From assembly GCA_951406725.2 (NCBI GenBank), contig OX597826.1, positions 14,694,001 through 14,758,000 of the forward strand: DNA of 64,000 nt, given 5' to 3'. The translations under genes were made by a program, and so were the position numbers. Position 1 is the stretch's first letter. Each line of letters starts with the position of its first letter. The stretch is from Octopus vulgaris. Taxonomy: Eukaryota. Positions 57,508 to 64,000 of this stretch are shown piece after piece. The notes under the pieces were generated by a model. That model made no database searches, was not told the DNA's origin, and saw nothing but the letters and a program-made list of their open reading frames with translations.

Positions 57508-57509
57508 GG

Positions 57510-57682
57510 TTTCAAATTTCGGTGCAGGGCTTGCAGTTTTTGAAAGGAAGAGACAAGTCGATTACGTTGACACCAATATCTAACTGGTTCTTATTTCATC
57601 GATCCCGAAAGGATGAAAGGCAAAGTCGACCTCGACTGCATTTCAACCCAGAACGCAAAGAGCCGAAAGAAATGCTGCTAAG
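57510..57682 (-). mobile_element. SINE family B fragment
   Basis: cccgaaaggatgaaaggcaaagtcgacctcg core. Confidence 0.8.
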
Positions 57683-57887
57683 TATACCTTTACACAATCA
57701 GTGCAATGATATTGGGCTGTGCATACTGAAGAAAGAATATGCCCTGCTGTCAGAAGTATCAAAAAAATTACTGAAACTCTAAGAAAATGCAAGAACAGAA
57801 AGAAGAACGGCATGACAAGTAGTTGGAAAGAAAAGGAATGATATGGTCAATTCAAGCAACATACCAAGTATGTTTTGGAAATGTTTA

Positions 57888-58212
57888 GGCGCAGGAGTGG
57901 CTGTGTGGTAAGTAGCTTCTTACCAGACAGACGTGTTGTTTTTTGCTCCTGCAAATGTCACGTGTTTCAAATGTTTTGAAATAAAGTAGCTTGCTAACCA
58001 ACCACATGGTTCCAGGTTCAGTCCCACTGCGTGTCATCTTGGGCAAGTGTCTTCTGCTATAGTCCCGGGCCGACCAATGCCTTGTGAGTGGATTTGGTAG
58101 ACGGAAACTGAAAGAAGCCTGTCGTATATATGTATATATATGTGTATGTGTGTGTATATGTTTGTGTGTCTGTGTTTGTCCCCCTAGCATTGCTTGACAA
58201 CCGATGCTGGTG
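57888..58212 (+). mobile_element. SINE family A (3'-truncated) interrupted by a 58-bp insertion at 57926-57983
   Basis: Head ggcgcaggagtggctgtgtggt; duplicated target aagtagctt-cttacca / aagtagcttgctaacca. Confidence 0.9.
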
Positions 58213-59110
58213 ACTTTGATAAGATTAAGTAGATGTGGTAAGGACGCAAATCAGTCAAGCGTATGAGCTAGTCTGACAAAACAAAAACACAGCTAAAATA
58301 CCTGTTGTAGATGTACATTATTGAAGAATGGACCTAGGAGCTTGTAAATGAGATCAGAAACTACGAACGCAATGAAGAAGACAGCAATTACGTAAAGAAC
58401 ATAAGAAATGGCAGCAGTCAAAAAATGATATCACCTGAAAATGAAATATAACCTTGTGAACTGAAATGAAGGGTAGAGACTGGTGTTCCAAATTCCAGAA
58501 CAATAAGAACACATAGAAGATTATAGTATATAATAGAGCAGTGGAAGAAACACTGAATGATGAAACTAGTCTGACATCAATAATCTTGTACTCTCTGCGT
58601 CGAAGGCTTTGAGCAACCAAATTGGGCTGAAAAGAAGAAAAATAATAACAAAGAAGTCATCAAGCAAAGGCAGTAGGTAGTCAAAATATGACCGAAATTT
58701 AAAACCTAAGAGGGGAGCTGTCGATTGTTGGGGAACTTTCGAAGGGAATAAATGTCAATGCTAGGAAAGGAAAATAAGTTAAAATAGCAACGAACAAAGT
58801 CTCCCTCATATCAGTGAGACCCCGAAATATTGCATAACCATCAATATGAAAAAAAGAAAATATGAAAAAAGGAGTGAATTCTACAGACAGATTAAGATTT
58901 TCCAAAGTGCGGTGAAGAAATTTTATGGGGTAATTGGGAAAAGAACCAAGAAAAATAAAGGACCCAACTAATATGGAAGAAGTTGAGGAATCTTGGAAGA
59001 ACGTCTCGTGTAACTCAAATACATATAACGAAGAAAATAATGGAATTAAGAGGGTAAAATGAAAGGATAGAAGATTTGGAAGAATTTGAAGTGACTGAGG
59101 TGTGGCAAAT
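58213..59110 (+). pseudogene. Highly decayed R4/Dong pre-RT region
   Basis: KRKYEKRSEFYRQIKIFQSAVKKFYGVI...PTNMEEVEESWKNV..NTYNEE resembles the R4/Dong pre-RT pattern RY..R...QN..F....K.FY / FW..IW...HN. Confidence 0.6.
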
Positions 59111-60526
59111 CTTTAGCAAAACGAAATTCTGAACTCAATACTTTTGGAATGAATATATACTTTTCTTGAAGAAAAGTCCATCATTCCTCAAGAAAAAAGG
59201 AAGTAAGCAGAATTCCTATAGATCTAAAAATCAGTTCGTCGTGAGAAGACTATCAACTTAAGTATTACATAGATTGTTTACTGAAAAGCATTCAACAGTG
59301 TTCCACATCAGTGTAAATAGAAAGCATAAGAAATATACAAGATCACTTCAGTAATCTTAAACTCTCTTCATCATAGTATAACAAAATAGACATCCATCAT
59401 TGTAAACGACAGAAACGAAGTTATGCAATCAAGCAAAGTCAAAATGAATACGAAGTACCGATGATATGACAGCTAAAAATTTAGCGACTGGTAGAAGGAA
59501 AGCTAGAGGTATCTGTCTTTTGTTATGTTCATGTTCTGAATGAGTTAGGACCAACGATGAGTAACTTGAGAATTTTGTCAGTAATATCGCTTATCCTGCA
59601 AAAGAAAAATCTAGTGAATACAATCGTGGTGCGTAGCATTACAAACTTTCTAGCGAAAAGTAGAGTAAAATTATAGAATGCTGCTTGCATTTTAAACCTG
59701 TATGTATGAGTATTTGCGTGTATGTGTCAGTGAATGTCTATCTATGTATGTATGTGTCAGTGAATGTGTGTGTATGTATGTATGTATGTATGTATGTATG
59801 TATGTATGTATGTATGTATGTATGTATGTATGTATGAAAGAGAGACAAAGAGAGAGAAAAGAAAGGAGGGTGACTGTGTTTGTGAATGAGCTATAAATGA
59901 AAATAAATATGATACAAATAGCAGCTGAATGAAATGTAAATTGATTCCTAGCTCGCAAATCGGAATAATTTGCTTTACTGATGTCACGCGAATATCATGA
60001 GATTCTGAATCAGCGTTTTGTATGTAGACGGCAAATAGCATGAGTATGGAGGGTGCGATATCGTTTAAAAATTGATTTCAGTAACCACAAGGTACCACTT
60101 ATTCAATTATTTCTTTGTAATTAAATAATAGGGCTTATATCACGAGAAAAATAATTAAGGTTTGGCCCTTTAAAGTTAAATGCTTCGGTGTAACATGTTT
60201 GTATGCAGTTCTGTGAAGACAAGTGTATATGCTTCAGTACGAATCTGTATGCATCTGTCTGCGTGATCATTTGGCTTTGTGATGTGCATACAATGCCTGT
60301 ATATATATATATTGCTGAAAGCAAATGTAAATAAATTTGTCAAGTTCGTCTGTGCACTCTCAGATATACATACATACACACAAGTGCGTTTGCATCAGTA
60401 CAAACTCTGAAATACGCACAAAAGGACTCACACAGACACACACAGACACAGACGCACACACATATATATATTTATATATATGTATGTATACACATACACT
60501 TGTAAACACATACAAGCGCACATATA

Positions 60527-61110
60527 CAATGTGCAGTGGGTAAATTGACGCCATTATATATTTTTACTTTGACGCATGCGCATTGTTTGTTTTTGATTTT
60601 GTTGAATACACAGTATAGTAGGGTCAGTTGGGCACCGTCTATGAGGAAAATAGCACCATTACACAATTCACTCTGTCAGAAATTTGGCAATAATATGCTG
60701 CTGTGCTTGGCTTTCGCGCCGGAAGCTCCAATACGAACATTTCAGTGTGTTTCGGTGTCAATCTAAAGATAGTCCCCAAAACGTACTGAGAGGGATAAAA
60801 ATCAAACATCTAGTAAACATCATGGTGTTTGGAATGATCACTAGTGGTGGCAACGTTATGTCTCCATCATACCACACGGCCTCACATCAACACGGAGGCC
60901 TACATCAAGTGCCTGGAGGAGGTACTGCTGCTCTGGATCAAGAGGGTGACTGCTGGTAGACCCTATGTCTGGCAACAGTACTGTACACCATGCCACACAA
61001 GCAGGAGAGCCCAATCATGGCTGTGGGACAATTTTTGAAACGACAACATCATTAACCTCTAGCCGCCTAACTCCCCAGACTGCAACGCCCTTGATTATTA
61101 TGTGTGAGTC
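60527..61110 (+). mobile_element. Tc1/mariner superfamily DD37D (maT) transposon relic, internally deleted
   Basis: IMVFGMITSGG..; YIKCLEEVLL; PYVWQQ(Y)CTPCHTS...PPNSPDCNALDYYV with 37 residues between the last two catalytic positions; TA|CA start. Confidence 0.85.
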
Positions 61111-61589
61111 GTGCGTAAAACAAGTTTATGAGCGTTCAAAATTCCAATGGATCTTTGAGAAGAATAATTGTAAAACTTAGTTGGCCAGACTGCCATGAAC
61201 AAATCGCGCACACTGGTACAACTTATGTTCATGTTTGTGTTGTTGTTTTTAGTGGTGTATGAACAGTTAATGGTGGTACAGCCAATAATGTTCTATATAG
61301 AGAGAGTACAAATCCTTTTCGAAAGTTACGTTAATGATTAGTGTAGCTGTGAAATATTCAGCCACTTACATGCTTAACCAATGAATATGTTGTTCCGTTT
61401 AACCGAGCAACTTTAAAAGTCGTCTTCGGAATTAATGGATAGCAGTCTATATACTTATTAAAACCACTGGATGGGATTATCAGGTCAGGAAAATGCTTAG
61501 TGGTATTTCCACCGACTTTTTATCTTCTGTGTTCAAAAACCAACGAGGGAGAAATTGCTGGACAGGAGCATAAACTTAAGAATGATGAT

Positions 61590-61795
61590 AATGGCAGAAT
61601 CGTTAGCATACCATAAGAAATGCTTAGAGGCGTTTCGTCCGTCTTTACGTTCTGAGTTCAAATTTCTCCGAGTTCGACTTTGCCTTTCACCCTTTCCTGT
61701 CGATAAAATAAGTACCAACTGAACACTGGGATCGATGTAATCGAATTATCCCCTCTTCCAAACTTCAGGCCTTGTGCCTATAGTAGCAAGGGTTA
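61590..61795 (+). mobile_element. SINE family B
   Basis: ggcagaatcgttagc...gagttcaaat...tttgcctttcaccctttc..gtcgataaaataagtacc. Confidence 0.85.
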
Positions 61796-62567
61796 GTATT
61801 ACTAACGGGAGCTGTGAATACTTCACGGAAATAATGGTAAACTTATTGGGTTATTTCTGAAAACTTCATCCAAAATACCGGAAAACGTAGCCTGTGTTTT
61901 GTTTATATCAAAAGATAATGGCTCATCTGCTAATCATTGAAAAGTGACGGAAATTGGGATACGATGATTACTTAATGCATTTTATATATGCAATTTATAC
62001 ACTTAATGCACAATCTTACAGACTTAATACACATCACTCTCCCTCTTTACCTCTCACTTTTCGCTTTACCTTCTTTTTCTCTCGCCTTTCGGGTCAGCTA
62101 ATCACGTGAAGGCGTTGCAGATGGGCTAAGTAACGGAGAACAAAAAACTTAGTTTTAAAAATACACGTTTTACTCACCACCACTTCTCCCTCCTATCTCC
62201 CTATCTCTCCACCTTCTCCTCCTCCCACCCGCTTATCCCTCCCGCTTCAACTAATCACGTGGAAGTGTTGCAGACGGTCTAAGTAACGGAAGAACAAGCA
62301 GAATTATTATAAGATATTTTACTTCTGAGATCTCTTTTTGGTCGGGTTAATTCTATGAGAACAGATAGCAACCTTTCTACGATGCTTAGCACCTGAATAC
62401 TAATCTTAAAATCCTCGCTGTCCCCAACAGAACAGGTTTTGAGCATGTTCTACCCTTATGTTAATTCCAATATCTCCAACATATTTCTGAAACCTGGTTG
62501 TTACTGCTACAGCTATTGGGATGTAGTCACTTGGTGGTTTAAGCTATCATTATTTTTATTATTATTA

Positions 62568-63430
62568 AGACGGTGGGACAGAAGAATCATTAGCACGTTG
62601 GACAAAATGCTTAGTGGTATTTCTTCCGTATCTACATTCCTCGGAAGTCGATTGAATTTGCTCTTTTCGGAGTCGATAGAATATGTACCTGTTAAGTATC
62701 GAAGTCAACGTAATCGATTAGTCCCCAACCCCTGCAATTTCAGGCCTTGTGCCTATAGTAGAAAGTATTATTTTTTAAGGCAGTGAGCTGGCACAGTTGT
62801 TACCGCCCCAGGAATAAAGCTGAGCGGCATTTTCACCTGTTCTGCATTCAATTTCCGCTTTGGTTGACTTTGTCTTTCATCCCTCTGGGTCGATGAAATG
62901 AGGACCAGTTGAGCACTGGGGTCGATGTAATAGACTATCTCCACCCTAAAACAATTCAGATCGTATGTCTATACCAGGGGAGATTATTTATTTATTTGGC
63001 GAGCTGGCATAACCTATTTCTTTACTACCCACAAGGGGCTAAACACAGAGAGGACAAAGAAGGACAGACAAACAGATTAAGTCGATTTTATCGACCGCAA
63101 TATGTAACTGGTACTTAATTTATCGACCACGAAAGGATGAAAGGCAAAGTCAACCTCGGCGGAATTTGAACTCAGAACGTAGCGGCAGACGAAATACTGC
63201 TAAGCATTTCGCCCGGCGTGCTACCGTTACTGCCAGCTTGGCATAACCATTAGTAGATCGGACAAACTACTAAGAGGTACTTCAGTTCTGCGTTCAAATC
63301 GTGCTGAAGTCAACTTTGCTTTCCCTTTTTGTAGGGTCGATAATACACAATCTTAGTTAAGTACTTGTGACAATGTAATCGATTTACCCTATCCATCGAA
63401 ATTGCTCTTCTCGAGTTAAAATTAGAATAA
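62568..63430. mobile_element. Cluster of SINE family B copies; a young minus-strand copy (63015-63238) is nested in a plus-strand copy
   Basis: Plus-strand copies start near 62568, 62778 and 62996; the nested copy has TSD tggcataacc at 63005-63014 and 63239-63248. Confidence 0.88.
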
Positions 63431-64000
63431 TTTCTTATTAGTAGTAGTGGTAAATGTTTCAATATGATTGATATTTTTGCTTTTTAATAAAGACTTATAT
63501 AATATTTCCATATAATCAGTTTGATAAATCACAGTTTATCTGAAACTACACTCTATGATAAATTACTGTTTACTGAGTTTTGTAAATGGTCGCCATCTAG
63601 TGAGATAACTCATGTTTATACATCCACCTACATACACATGCGTACTTACAAGAATTCATACAAACATCACAAAACGGGAAAGAGCGCTATCAGGAAATTT
63701 CATCTACAAGCAATCAATAATACGATCAAATTATGTAAAACATTGTAAAACGTTAGCACGTGTTTTTCTGAGTATATTAAATAATTTTAAAGGGCTATTG
63801 CTGAAATGAGCTAAAATTAGGCTTTCGTATATATACCTCTATGGATTTGTTTTTTCGAGCACAGCGTGTTACTTATCAAATGACAAATTATTTAAGGACA
63901 ATAAAAAGAATGGTGGATATATTTACCCGATGTTGAGAAAACAATGAAAAAGTATTTAGTTACTAATGATTTTAATTAAAAAATGTACAAGTTTGTTATT

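Overview
AT-rich, microsatellite-dense eukaryotic DNA. The tRNA-derived SINE families, R4/Dong, RTE and Penelope remnants and (TA)n/(TATG)n/(GATA)n/(AAT)n tracts suggest an octopus (coleoid cephalopod) genome; this is inference, not a search result. I can support no intact host gene, and nearly all ORF-track entries are read-throughs of microsatellites or SINEs. The window is a transposon graveyard with three tRNA-SINE families, three RTE 3' ends, a bipartite RTE-like short element, a decayed Neptune-type Penelope-like element (PLE) plus several PLE ends, a cluster of R4/Dong fragments in (AAT)n, a DD37D (maT) transposase relic and MITEs. Main observations: (1) two unrelated inserts sit at the same nucleotide of the tRNA-like head of one SINE family, in the same orientation, with about 15-bp TSDs, suggesting a SINE- or tRNA-targeting (Tx1-like) retroelement system; (2) one of these inserts is an 811-bp element tiled by about 12 hairpins; (3) about 10 type I hammerhead ribozyme motifs occur, one fully canonical and three sharing a non-canonical CUG(U/C)NGA core; (4) two palindromes of about 350 bp appear to be built from PLE ends. 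All coordinates were read by eye and may be off by a few bases.
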